A stretch of 30,546 nucleotides of DNA from Chitinivibrionales bacterium (GTDB lineage Bacteria > Fibrobacterota > Chitinivibrionia > Chitinivibrionales > WJKA01): positions 1-30,546 of the forward strand of contig JBBRUX010000046.1 of NCBI GenBank assembly GCA_038247415.1. The letters are read 5' to 3'. Every line of letters begins with the position of its first letter. The first letter of the stretch is position 1. Positions 9,366 to 17,984 of this stretch are shown in pieces. The position numbers and the translations under genes are program-made. Below the pieces are notes generated by a model. It saw only the letters and a program-made list of their open reading frames with translations. It was not told the origin of the DNA and searched no databases.

Positions 9366-10074
9366 GGTTTCTCTTGAGATTGTGGTGTGTAGTAACAACA
9401 GCTCGTACCCATCGAAAGGTATCTGCAATATGGGCAATGTTGCTTTTTTCGCCTGCGTAAACGGTTTGTATGGGCACAAAGCCAACACCAAACCCTAAGC
9501 GGCACGCTTTAAGAATAACTTCTGTTTCCATTTCAAACCGATCGTATTCGATGGTAAAAGATTTCATGAATGCGGCGCTATAAGCGCGATACCCACTCTG
9601 GCAGTCGAGGATTTTTGTGCCGGTGAAGCGTGAGATAATATACGATGTGACCGTATTGGAAAAAATACGCGCCAGAGGCATTGTTTTTAATGATCGTGCC
9701 CGCGCTCCGATAAGTATCCCTTGTGGGGGATTTTGAGCAATTGCAGCAAGAAATACCGGGAGATCGTTCAGAGAATGTTGCCCATCGGAATCGAGCGTAA
9801 TAATCCACTGCGCGCCGGTTTGAATGCATTCCTGTATTCCACACGCAAGTGCAAATCCTTTGCCTTTATTTTTCTTGAGCGTCTGGTAGTGTATTCCTGC
9901 TTCTTTGCAAATAGAAAGCGTATCGTCGGTTGATCCGTCGTTGACAACATAGGTTTTAGCAAGAGGCACTATGGTCCGAAGATCTCTCAGAAGTTTTTTT
10001 AAGGGCGCACTGGCATTGTAGGCTGGAATACAAATGTGTACCTGTTGCGGCCAGGTTTGCGGTGTTGGCATCAT
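9355..10074 (-). CDS. Glycosyltransferase family 2 (DPM/DPG synthase-like)
   Basis: IPAYN, VVNDGSTDDT, NKGKGFAL, TLDSDGQH, DCQSGYRAY, FEMETE; start 10074 forms an ATGA overlap with the upstream stop. Confidence 0.92.
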   Translation of the reverse strand: MMPTPQTWPQQVHICIPAYNASAPLKKLLRDLRTIVPLAKTYVVNDGSTDDTLSICKEAGIHYQTLKKNKGKGFALACGIQECIQTGAQWIITLDSDGQHSLNDLPVFLAAIAQNPPQGILIGARARSLKTMPLARIFSNTVTSYIISRFTGTKILDCQSGYRAYSAAFMKSFTIEYDRFEMETEVILKACRLGFGVGFVPIQTVYAGEKSNIAHIADTFRWVRAVVTTHHNLKRNHVS

Positions 10075-10715
10075 GATGTTAATGCTTTCTCGATAGCACG
10101 GCAAGTGTCCTGTATGAGCGTGGGGGAAAGCTCGATTAAGGGGAGCGTGATTGGTGCATGAAAAGTGATGGCAATAGTTGCAAAAGGTTTTGGAATGATG
10201 AAATTATCCCACGATGTTAACTGCCAGTATCTGCTTGGGCGAGCTGATACTGCCACAATGGGGGCATGGGCAAGGTGTGCTATTTCAACAACCCCCGGTT
10301 TGACTTTGTAAACGGGCCCACGCGGGCCATCGGGCGTGATTGCGATATTGTTTCCTTTATCAAGAACGCGCACGCATTCTCGTAGTGCAGAAACACCTTT
10401 TCTGCTGGATGACCCTCGAATAATGCCCTGTCCCCATCGTCGGGCAACTTCTGCAACAATAGTCCCGTCTCGGCTTGCGGAAACGATTGTGTAAACGTTG
10501 TATCCACCAAAACCAAAGGCAAAAAGAAGTTGTTGTGCGTGCCAGAAGCAATACACGGTATTGGAAACCTTGTTTATTTTAGGGTTATACGTCTCATCAC
10601 CTTCGAAACGATACCGCCAGGTAGCGCCCAGAATGGAACCAACAAACCAAATAATATTGGTAATAAAGAATATTGAGAGGCGTTGTGAGAGATTCATGGG
10701 CCTAGTGCTAGACAA
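10071..10715 (-). CDS. Lysophospholipid acyltransferase family protein (DUF374)
   Basis: FWHAQ, SASRDG, IRGSSSRKG, ITPDGPRGP, SWDNFIIPKPF motifs; start may be ATG 10697. Confidence 0.9.
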   Translation of the reverse strand: MSSTRPMNLSQRLSIFFITNIIWFVGSILGATWRYRFEGDETYNPKINKVSNTVYCFWHAQQLLFAFGFGGYNVYTIVSASRDGTIVAEVARRWGQGIIRGSSSRKGVSALRECVRVLDKGNNIAITPDGPRGPVYKVKPGVVEIAHLAHAPIVAVSARPSRYWQLTSWDNFIIPKPFATIAITFHAPITLPLIELSPTLIQDTCRAIEKALTS

Positions 10716-10727
10716 AGAAATGGATAT

Positions 10728-10756
10728 AGTATAGTATTAAAATACTTGTTTTGCAA
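10728..10756 (-). promoter_or_regulatory. Sigma70-type promoter for the DUF374-GT2-pcm operon
   Basis: Minus strand TTGCAA (10756-10751) - 17 nt - TATACT (10733-10728). Confidence 0.6.
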
Positions 10757-10814
10757 TGGGATAAGGGGGATCGTTTGGTATGAAGATGATTTTTAAACTC
10801 CACGGCAAAAAAAA

Positions 10815-10924
10815 TGTCAGACCCACAGATTTATATGATTAAGGATGATGATGATGATTTTTAAATTCACATAAAAAAGTAATTGCATTAATCAATGTAA
10901 TCACACAAATCAGCGGTACAGACA
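10815..10924. repeat. 110-bp gene-less inverted-repeat element (TGTC...GACA termini, GATT periodicity), MITE/REP-like
   Basis: Left arm tgtcagacccacagatttatatgatta (10815-10841) vs reverse complement of right arm tgtctgtaccgctgatttgtgtgatta (10898-10924): 20/27 identical. Confidence 0.65.
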
Positions 10925-10955
10925 AGGGTACGATTCACTGAAAAGTGTATTAGGC

Positions 10956-12068
10956 TTATTTCATTAACTTCATAATTAAAAGCACTATCCCTACCGAAAG
11001 AGCCGCCGATCCAATTGACGATATTAGAATTGCCTGAAGAAGATTTGCCCCTTTTTTCTTGGGAGGAGCAAATGATTCTACGCTGTGGGGATCTTTTAAA
11101 TAGGCGGTAAGAATATCTTGCGGGGCCATGTCGGTAATTTCGTGAAGAATAGAAAAGAGAGCCCTCCCAAATTCTGCGCTGCTTCCATAACGATCGTCGG
11201 CTGAAAGCGACATGCTTTTATTTACCGCATAAGAAAGAGATTGCGGCATGGGAATACCAAAAGAATCGATAGATTTATAGGTACCTTTGGTTTTTGCTTG
11301 AACTAATTCGGAGAGCTTTTTTTGAGGATAGGCTCGTTGACCTGTAATCAGTTCGTAAAGCACAGTGCCTAAGGAAAAAATATCTGTGCGATGATCGAGT
11401 TCTTTTCCGTTAAGTTGCTCGGGACTTAAATACACAAGTGTTCCCATGATTTTGTCCCCCACGGTATGCAGGCTTATTTCGCTCGGGCGTGCAATACCAA
11501 AGTCCATGAGCTTAACAATACCCTCGCGCGATATAAAGATGTTATCGGGCTTGATGTCGCGATGAATAAGACCCCGATATACTTTTCCGTACAGCGTGTA
11601 ATCTTTGGTGTGCGCGTAGTAAAGTGCGAGGCATACAAAATAGACAATCGAAATGGCTACGGGAATAGGCACCTTCCCGTGTTGTCCGATAAGCCCGCCT
11701 ATAGAGAGCCCCTCAACATATTCCATATCGATAAAGGGTATTTGTTGCTCCCAGTATCCAATGGTATGGATTTCGATAATATTAGGGTGATGTATATCGG
11801 CAAGAATTTTCGCTTCGGTAAGAAAACGTTCCCGGGATTCCTGATTAAATCCTTTTTTGAGCATTTTGAGTGCGCGCGTAACTTCGAGGCCGGTATGCCA
11901 CACTTTGTAAATATTTGCTGCGCCACCTTCGCCAATGAGAGCGACAATTTTATTAGGACCAACCATTCCCTCGATATCGGGGGTTGTTTTTGCATAAGGG
12001 TTTTGTCCTTGAGCGTCAACCTTGAAGTTCTGCGGAGTTCCGTGTTCGTTGTGAGGTGCTGTGTTCAT
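10956..12068 (-). CDS. Hanks-type serine/threonine protein kinase with C-terminal TM helix
   Basis: IGEGGAANIY, ALKML, HRDIKPDN, DFGIA, GTLVYLSPEQ, DIFSLG; hydrophobic C-terminus. Confidence 0.95.
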   Translation of the reverse strand: MNTAPHNEHGTPQNFKVDAQGQNPYAKTTPDIEGMVGPNKIVALIGEGGAANIYKVWHTGLEVTRALKMLKKGFNQESRERFLTEAKILADIHHPNIIEIHTIGYWEQQIPFIDMEYVEGLSIGGLIGQHGKVPIPVAISIVYFVCLALYYAHTKDYTLYGKVYRGLIHRDIKPDNIFISREGIVKLMDFGIARPSEISLHTVGDKIMGTLVYLSPEQLNGKELDHRTDIFSLGTVLYELITGQRAYPQKKLSELVQAKTKGTYKSIDSFGIPMPQSLSYAVNKSMSLSADDRYGSSAEFGRALFSILHEITDMAPQDILTAYLKDPHSVESFAPPKKKGANLLQAILISSIGSAALSVGIVLLIMKLMK

Positions 12069-12213
12069 CCTTATTCCTTGACAAAAACAATGTTAAAAGG
12101 GCTTGTGATAGCTTTATAATAATATAGCTTATTTCGCATGATATCGAGAGGTAAAAACCGCTGGGGGTATCGTATCAATGTGACAGGCATCACACTGGCC
12201 CTTGGGTATTGTG

Positions 12214-15189
12214 TTATTGAATCCATGAATTTTCCGCATCAAAAACTATACGACAGTCGTCGGAGCCGTCTGGTTTAACCCAAAATAGTGCCCGCGAACT
12301 ATCGGGATACAAGCGTGTGTAAAGATATCTGAGAGAATTTTTCCAGAGTATTGGCACGGGGTCTATTTCGGAATAGTGCTTGGTAGAGTCGGCTGGTATC
12401 ACTCGCTGATTTACACCGGACGAAAGGTTAACCGTCGCCAAATCGAGCTGATTAATACCAAAACTATAAAGAATTGTTTCGCCGTCAGAAAGCCAACAAT
12501 AGCTTTGAACGCCTGCCCGCATGGTAACCTGACTGGTGCGACCTACTTTCATATCGTAGATCCATAAATCCGATTGATCATCAATACTGGCAGTTTTAGA
12601 AAGATACGCAATCTTAGAATTGTTTGGCGAAAAGTGTGGTAGCCAATGATCTGAGTTGTCGTTGGTGATGCGAATGGGATGTTCGCCATTTGAGGATCCA
12701 TAATAAATTTGCCACGATTTATCCCGATTACTTGCAAAGGCAAGCAGGTTTCCATCGGGTGAAAGTGCGATATCTTTTTGGGTAGATCCTACAAAAGGGA
12801 CAATAGGCTCAAAATAGGTACCTTGGGTTTGAACTCTAAAAATCCCCATTCCTTTGCCACGGTCATTAGATGCGCATGCATAAATAAATTGTCCATTGGG
12901 CGAAAATTCTGCATTGGTAATATTATAATTGGAGCCTACTATTGTTCGGGCCGAGCCGTTAGTATTAAGGAGGTGCAGTGAGGTGATCGTAGAGTTTGGT
13001 GCGGTTGCGAGGTACAGAATTTTACCTGCGCCCATGTGCATACGAGGCGCCGAAATAGTGGCAGTCCCATAGGTGAGCGGAAATTCGGCAAAGGAAGCAG
13101 TGACTTTAAGGTACAGTTGGGCGCTACCAGATCGATCTGAAATAAAAGGGAATGTTCCGCTTCGTGTGCCTGTCCTAGATTGTAACGAATCGATACCAGC
13201 ATCAGCACAGGCAATTCGTAGCTCAGCCTCAGAAACTATCCTTTGTAAGGTTGTGTCTTCAGGAATGCTTCTCCGTAAAGGGACGAGTGCATTGTTTATA
13301 GAAATTAATCCGCCCTTGGGGTCGAAACGGAATACAAGAGCTCCAATGGCCCTTCCACTATCTCCCGCCGAAACAACGGGAATACCATTACACAGCAGAG
13401 GCGTTGATATAGTGTGATGCAGTGAACCGCAGATAATGGCGCTTACGCTGGACAGCGCTTTGGCATACAGCGCGATACGTTCGTAAGAATCATGAATAAT
13501 GAGAATGCGTCCTGTACAATTTTGTACATCGGGTTTTGAGAGTTGTTCCTGTAAAGCACTAACAAGGGGCTCTATGCTTCCAGAATCGGGCCCCGATGAA
13601 GTATCTTGTGTGCCCAAAACCGATAAAAAACAGAACTTGTATTTGTCTACCGATACAATCTTTTTAGGGATAGTTCTTCCCAGTGGTAAACCCTTAGTAT
13701 TTGTTGACACAAACAAATTAGTTGAATGTCGTGCACTCGAGTGGAATTGCTTAAGCCCGAATTGATATTCTCCGCTCCCCAGCATAAGGGCATCAAATCC
13801 TACGGCTGCGTAATACTGGTCTAAAACGGCTGGTTTTAAGGCGTGGCTTCCTTGTGCGAGATTATTGCCTGTATTAATACAAATGCGATAAGGATATGAG
13901 CTTTTTTGCATTTTGAGTGCTTGAGCAGCGCGTGCTAATCCTCCAATAGTTTCTGTTGCACCAGCTTGCGGCGAAAAGGCTCCATGGGTGTTGCCCGTGT
14001 AAAGAATTGCAACTTCAAGTCCCTGCGAACGTCGTTTAAGCGCGGCTACCCGTGCAAGCAGTGCGTGGGCCTTCCAGAGGTTTGGATCGAGGGCAAGTGC
14101 CTTATATGCATAATACGTGCATACTTCATACCGATTTTTTTGAAAATGCCGTTCTGCAACTTTGTAAAGATCATCCGCGGTTTTGGGTGTCAGTTCTTCC
14201 AGCTGCGCCGTTGCCGAAAGTGCATAGGTGCTTCCTAAAAGAGTAGAACGGTTTTGATAGCCAAACTGCACGCCATAATGATCGTAGGTAAATCCTGCAC
14301 CGCCCGATATTCCCTCAAGAGTTGGGTTCGATCCTAAAGGGTAGTCGTATCCACAAGAAAAAGAAAGCATCGAAAGAAATTGTGTTTGTAAACTTGCCCC
14401 TACCGAAAGCGGCTGGTCGCCAATTTTTCTGACTCCCACACATCCTTCTAGATCAACAAGTTTGTTTTTGCTTTTAGAGAAAGGATCTAGGGTTATTGTT
14501 GCTGCCAGCGTCAGTGGTAAGGGCGATGGGTTGGCTGTGTATTGCAGCGGCATGCCGAGGTGAGAAACCGAAAGGGTTGCTTGCACAAAGGAGAATGTGC
14601 CACAGGTAGAAGCATTAACACCAAATCCTTGAGCCTGGGTTTTATCGAGATTGCTGATAAGGTAATCTACCGAAATTCCTGCATTCCAAATCGAGGGCAT
14701 TATCTGACGCGCAAATGATGCACCGAAAAGAAATTCCCCATACGAGGGCTTACTGATATTTTCATTGATATCACGAGCATATAAAAATTGCCCTAAAGTA
14801 AACATTCTGGAATATACCCCAAAAGTCCCAACGTCAAGAACAGGGAATGCAGCGCAAAGATATTCAAGGCGCGTGCTCATAAGCCATTCTAAATGGGTAA
14901 TGCCAAAAGAATAACGATCGAGCGAGGCACTTGAAGCTGTTTGGGTTTCGAGGTCAAATGCATTGTGTTGAGCCGGTGTTGCACAGCTTCCTAACGCAAG
15001 CGATTGTGCATTAGCCGGGAGTTGCAAGAAAAGAGCTGCGGTTAATCCACTATTGGTGCCATTAATATCAGAGATCTGATCTGAGAGTGAGGTTTGGGCA
15101 TAAAGAACCAATGAGCCTGCTGTGATCCAATAGATCAAACAAACCTTGCAAATTTTTAATAAGGAAAAAAAACTCGTTTTCATAGCCAT
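12214..15189 (-). CDS. Multidomain outer-membrane protein: PorV/PorQ-like beta-barrel + TPR + degenerate 5'-nucleotidase-like metallophosphoesterase + TolB-like (PD40) beta-propeller
   Basis: Signal peptide; FLQLPANAQSLALG and THLEWL (PorV-like start); YKALALDPNLWKAHALL (TPR); ILYTGNTHG..GGLARAA..FDALMLGSGEY (metallophos fold); FSPNGQ, LSPDGNLLAFASNR, FSPNNSKIAY, WLSDGETILY (PD40 repeats). Confidence 0.75.
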   Translation of the reverse strand: MAMKTSFFSLLKICKVCLIYWITAGSLVLYAQTSLSDQISDINGTNSGLTAALFLQLPANAQSLALGSCATPAQHNAFDLETQTASSASLDRYSFGITHLEWLMSTRLEYLCAAFPVLDVGTFGVYSRMFTLGQFLYARDINENISKPSYGEFLFGASFARQIMPSIWNAGISVDYLISNLDKTQAQGFGVNASTCGTFSFVQATLSVSHLGMPLQYTANPSPLPLTLAATITLDPFSKSKNKLVDLEGCVGVRKIGDQPLSVGASLQTQFLSMLSFSCGYDYPLGSNPTLEGISGGAGFTYDHYGVQFGYQNRSTLLGSTYALSATAQLEELTPKTADDLYKVAERHFQKNRYEVCTYYAYKALALDPNLWKAHALLARVAALKRRSQGLEVAILYTGNTHGAFSPQAGATETIGGLARAAQALKMQKSSYPYRICINTGNNLAQGSHALKPAVLDQYYAAVGFDALMLGSGEYQFGLKQFHSSARHSTNLFVSTNTKGLPLGRTIPKKIVSVDKYKFCFLSVLGTQDTSSGPDSGSIEPLVSALQEQLSKPDVQNCTGRILIIHDSYERIALYAKALSSVSAIICGSLHHTISTPLLCNGIPVVSAGDSGRAIGALVFRFDPKGGLISINNALVPLRRSIPEDTTLQRIVSEAELRIACADAGIDSLQSRTGTRSGTFPFISDRSGSAQLYLKVTASFAEFPLTYGTATISAPRMHMGAGKILYLATAPNSTITSLHLLNTNGSARTIVGSNYNITNAEFSPNGQFIYACASNDRGKGMGIFRVQTQGTYFEPIVPFVGSTQKDIALSPDGNLLAFASNRDKSWQIYYGSSNGEHPIRITNDNSDHWLPHFSPNNSKIAYLSKTASIDDQSDLWIYDMKVGRTSQVTMRAGVQSYCWLSDGETILYSFGINQLDLATVNLSSGVNQRVIPADSTKHYSEIDPVPILWKNSLRYLYTRLYPDSSRALFWVKPDGSDDCRIVFDAENSWIQ

Positions 15190-15268
15190 TCGTGGTACGA
15201 CTTTAAAAAATGCAATTCATAGGGACCTAGTCTGGTCTATTTCTTTATAATTATACTGGCGTGGTATG

Positions 15269-16333
15269 TTAGATGCCATGAGAAAGAGAGGCAAGTTTAT
15301 CATAGACCATTTCTGGACTAATACTGCGCATGCATTGGAAGTCATTCTTGCAGGGGGAAGAACAGGAAAAACATCCCAGACATTCGAGGTTCGAGGTAAT
15401 GATTTCCCTTTCTACAAAGAGTGGCGCGCACTCGGATGGGTCGGTTGGGCCAAAGAGCACTATTCCTTTTAAGCCCAAAGCAGCAGCCAAGTGTGCTGGG
15501 CCAGAATCAACACCAATAAAAATATCTGCCCCAGAAAGTGCAGTCGCCAGATCTGTCAATGATTCTGTAAGGAGAAAATGGGTCTGGTGGCGTGCTAATG
15601 TGTGAAGCAGCTCGGAATCATCGGGGCCCATCAAAATCGAATAACTATAGCGGTGCCTGGCACGAATCATTCTCAGGAATGCTAAAATATTTTGATGCGG
15701 CCACCGCTTTAAGGCATACTTACTATTCGAACCAAAATGCATAATAACCCGAATAGGTATAGCTTTTTTATCCATTGCCGCGTGGTCACTGGCAAGGGGA
15801 TATGAAAGGGCCTTTGAACTCGAATGTTCAGGGAGTGCCTGCATGTTGACGCAGGTGTAATGTAGCCCATGACAGAGCGGGTATGTGCTAGAATATACAG
15901 ATCGGCCACGAGTCCCCTGTGGTGCAAGGGGGCCGATGGCTCTTGGCGCTCTGGACAGAAATGTTAATACTTCTGCCCGTACCGAATAAAATCCCATCAT
16001 CGAAACAATAACTTCATCCCACTTTTTAAGAGCAAAAAGAGCGCTGCGCAGGTAATTCTTTGGGCCACCCTGCAAAGCATTTGGAAATTCTTTAGAGTAA
16101 AGTTCTCCGTGTGTAGAAAGCCAGATGACCCCAAGGACAAGGGTTTCGGATTGCCTCTGAACTGAGCGCAACAGGGGAAGCGCCATGAGCGAATCGCCAA
16201 GACCTCCACCAACAATACAAAGTACCCGTTGAGAGGGGTACCCTGTGGTGCGTTTGCGAACTAACGGTGCTAATAAACCCAGAATGCCCCGAATTCTCCA
16301 GCGGAAAAAAGCGGCCACGGTCTCTGTTTTCAT
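15269..16333 (-). CDS. Glycosyltransferase family 9 (ADP-heptose:LPS heptosyltransferase-like)
   Basis: GGLGDSLMALP, KRWP, IGVDSGPAHLAAALG..VLFGPT, C-terminal Cys cluster ending CMRSISPE. Confidence 0.92.
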   Translation of the reverse strand: MKTETVAAFFRWRIRGILGLLAPLVRKRTTGYPSQRVLCIVGGGLGDSLMALPLLRSVQRQSETLVLGVIWLSTHGELYSKEFPNALQGGPKNYLRSALFALKKWDEVIVSMMGFYSVRAEVLTFLSRAPRAIGPLAPQGTRGRSVYSSTYPLCHGLHYTCVNMQALPEHSSSKALSYPLASDHAAMDKKAIPIRVIMHFGSNSKYALKRWPHQNILAFLRMIRARHRYSYSILMGPDDSELLHTLARHQTHFLLTESLTDLATALSGADIFIGVDSGPAHLAAALGLKGIVLFGPTDPSECAPLFVEREIITSNLECLGCFSCSSPCKNDFQCMRSISPEMVYDKLASLSHGI

Positions 16334-16339
16334 AGAGAG

Positions 16340-16612
16340 CTAAATGCCGAGGTTATTGAGCGTGCTTATCACGTTGTTAAGCGTAGTTGTAAACGTAGGG
16401 TGCGAAACCTCAAAACTTCTTACCGCAGAGGTAAGCGAATTCGAAAGTGAACTATGGTATTGTGTAAGATCGTCTTGAGAATTGTCGAGAATAGCTTCAA
16501 TGTCGTCCTTAAGAGTGGCAAGCGCACTGCGAGATTTTTCGTCAACCGAACTTAACGTAACAAGTTCGTTATGAAGCTCGGAAAGCGATGTGCGAAGATG
16601 AGACGAATTCAT
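16340..16612 (-). CDS. DUF4404 family protein
   Basis: LSELHNEL...FEVSHPTFTTTLNNVISTLNNLGI C-terminal signature. Confidence 0.85.
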   Translation of the reverse strand: MNSSHLRTSLSELHNELVTLSSVDEKSRSALATLKDDIEAILDNSQDDLTQYHSSLSNSLTSAVRSFEVSHPTFTTTLNNVISTLNNLGI

Positions 16613-16755
16613 AGTAACCCCTATAAAAAGAGATGGTGCAAAAAAATAATGATGAGCGTACGATAATAAGTATACACTTTTTGGGGGGGTGAAGGAAAGT
16701 GGGAATAGGAATAAACTGAGATTGCCTATAAATCAGAATAAATGCATATGACTTA

Positions 16756-16903
16756 GGGCGTTCCGGCTTCGCCGTCGGGCGTTCTCCATGCTCTTGCTTC
16801 GCATGCCGGTACAAGATTCCTTGCGGCGCAAAGCGCCAGAGTCTTTTTGCACTGAGGGGTGGCACTGCCGTTTCCACCCTCACATTCCGGCCTCCCTAAC
16901 GCG
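16756..16903 (-). ncRNA. Structured RNA/repeat resembling the Flavo-1 RNA motif, with an expanded multi-stem interior
   Basis: Minus strand begins GCGTTAGGGA and ends GCCCGACGGCGAAGCCGGAACGCCC; stems gcgtt/aacgc, gccgg/ccggc, tgagggtgg/ccacccctca, ggcgc/gcgcc, catgc/gcatg, cggc/gccg; GC-rich island in an intergenic gap. Family name recalled from memory, not searched. Confidence 0.6.
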
Positions 16904-16911
16904 CTTGACAT

Positions 16912-16938
16912 GAGACCATTCTGCTCCGCTCAGGATGC
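16912..16938. repeat. Degenerate second CTGAGCGGAG REP-like motif
   Basis: Minus strand ctgagcggagcagaat (16933-16918) matches ctgagcggagtcgaag (661-676) at 13/16; contains the TGA stop of the DenV-like gene. Confidence 0.45.
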
Positions 16939-17364
16939 ACCTTTTTCCCAGGGAGATATATTTCCCTTTACAATATAAAACATGGGGTGCAGGTCGGGTG
17001 TTTTGACTGCGATGTGTTGTGCATTCACAAGCGGGCTGCGGACGGATAGTTTTGCCCTCAGGTGGATCCATTCAAAATCTCTTTGCCCCTTTGTAACAGG
17101 GAGAGCTATGTTTTTTCCAGGAAAGCGAATAAGCTTTGCATTAAAAGAGTAGCCCCTGTGCACAGACTCTGCGAAAATGCCCTCCAGATAAGATCCAATT
17201 GCTGCTTTAGGAGTGGGCCTTTCTTTGAATCTAACGAGCTGGGGGTGATTGGTGTATCCTCTTGTTTTGCCAAGTAGAACAGCCTGGGCAAGAAGTGCCT
17301 CACGCCAGCAGGCAACGAGGCCTTGCGAATCGAGATACTGTGGATGCAATGACCATAAACGCAT
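16930..17364 (-). CDS. Pyrimidine dimer DNA glycosylase / T4 endonuclease V-like protein
   Basis: MRLWSLHPQYLDSQGLVACWREALLAQAVL.G.TRGY.NHPQL.RF, RGYSFN, V..GQ..FEW.HL, WEK. Confidence 0.9.
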   Translation of the reverse strand: MRLWSLHPQYLDSQGLVACWREALLAQAVLLGKTRGYTNHPQLVRFKERPTPKAAIGSYLEGIFAESVHRGYSFNAKLIRFPGKNIALPVTKGQRDFEWIHLRAKLSVRSPLVNAQHIAVKTPDLHPMFYIVKGNISPWEKGAS

Positions 17365-17391
17365 ACAGTGCTCTTTGCAGGGCTTACGATA

Positions 17392-17982
17392 TTATGGTAT
17401 CGTGTAAAGTTTGTTACGGTGAATATAGTCAAGAACTTTACTGGGCACAAGGTGCTCGCATGATTCATGTGCAAAAAGTTTTCGTCTTACTGCTGTTGAA
17501 GAAATAGCGCTATGAGGCGAAGGGACAAAAAGAATGTCTGCATGCTTGAGCTCGTCTGGTATAGTTTGAGAAAATCCCGGTCTGGCTACAACACAGAATG
17601 TTAAAAGTTTTACCAGTTCTTTCGACCTATGCCAGCTTGTTAGTTCGGTTACATTGTCAGAGCCTATGATGTAATACCAATGTGTCAATGGATGAGCAGC
17701 CTTGAGAGCGGTTATGGTGTCGAATGTGTACGATGGCCCAGTTCTGCGTAATTCGATGTCATGTATTTCAAAAAAAGGATCGTGCTCAAAGGCGAGCTTA
17801 AGCATTGCAAGACGATGCACCGGAGCAACTTCAATCGTATTGATTTTATGCGGAGGAAGAGCAGCAGGAATACAGTAGATGCTTTGAAGCGTAAGAGCCT
17901 GTTGAACACTGTGAGCTATTGCGGTATGACCATTATGGACAGGATCGAAACTACCCCCTAAAATTGCAATCGAAGTATTCAT
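17392..17982 (-). CDS. nadD: Nicotinate-nucleotide adenylyltransferase
   Basis: GGSFDPVHNGH, PPHK, SYTFDT, IIGSD, ISSTAVR, YIHRNKLY. Confidence 0.96.
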   Translation of the reverse strand: MNTSIAILGGSFDPVHNGHTAIAHSVQQALTLQSIYCIPAALPPHKINTIEVAPVHRLAMLKLAFEHDPFFEIHDIELRRTGPSYTFDTITALKAAHPLTHWYYIIGSDNVTELTSWHRSKELVKLLTFCVVARPGFSQTIPDELKHADILFVPSPHSAISSTAVRRKLFAHESCEHLVPSKVLDYIHRNKLYTIP

Positions 17983-17984
17983 GA

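Noticed and set aside
9366..9491. 42-aa N-terminal extension of Pcm in the ORF track
   Set aside because: It lies inside the GT2 gene; ATG 9365 gives a normal-length protein.
11466..12119. 217-aa plus-strand ORF
   Set aside because: Antisense to the Ser/Thr kinase with no family features.
15300..15390. Cys cluster at the GT9 C-terminus as a novel metal site
   Set aside because: A C-terminal Cys cluster is a common feature of heptosyltransferase-like GT9 proteins.
16569..16883. 104-aa ORF across the structured element
   Set aside because: It overlaps DUF4404 and has no protein-like motifs; the stem structure explains the region better.
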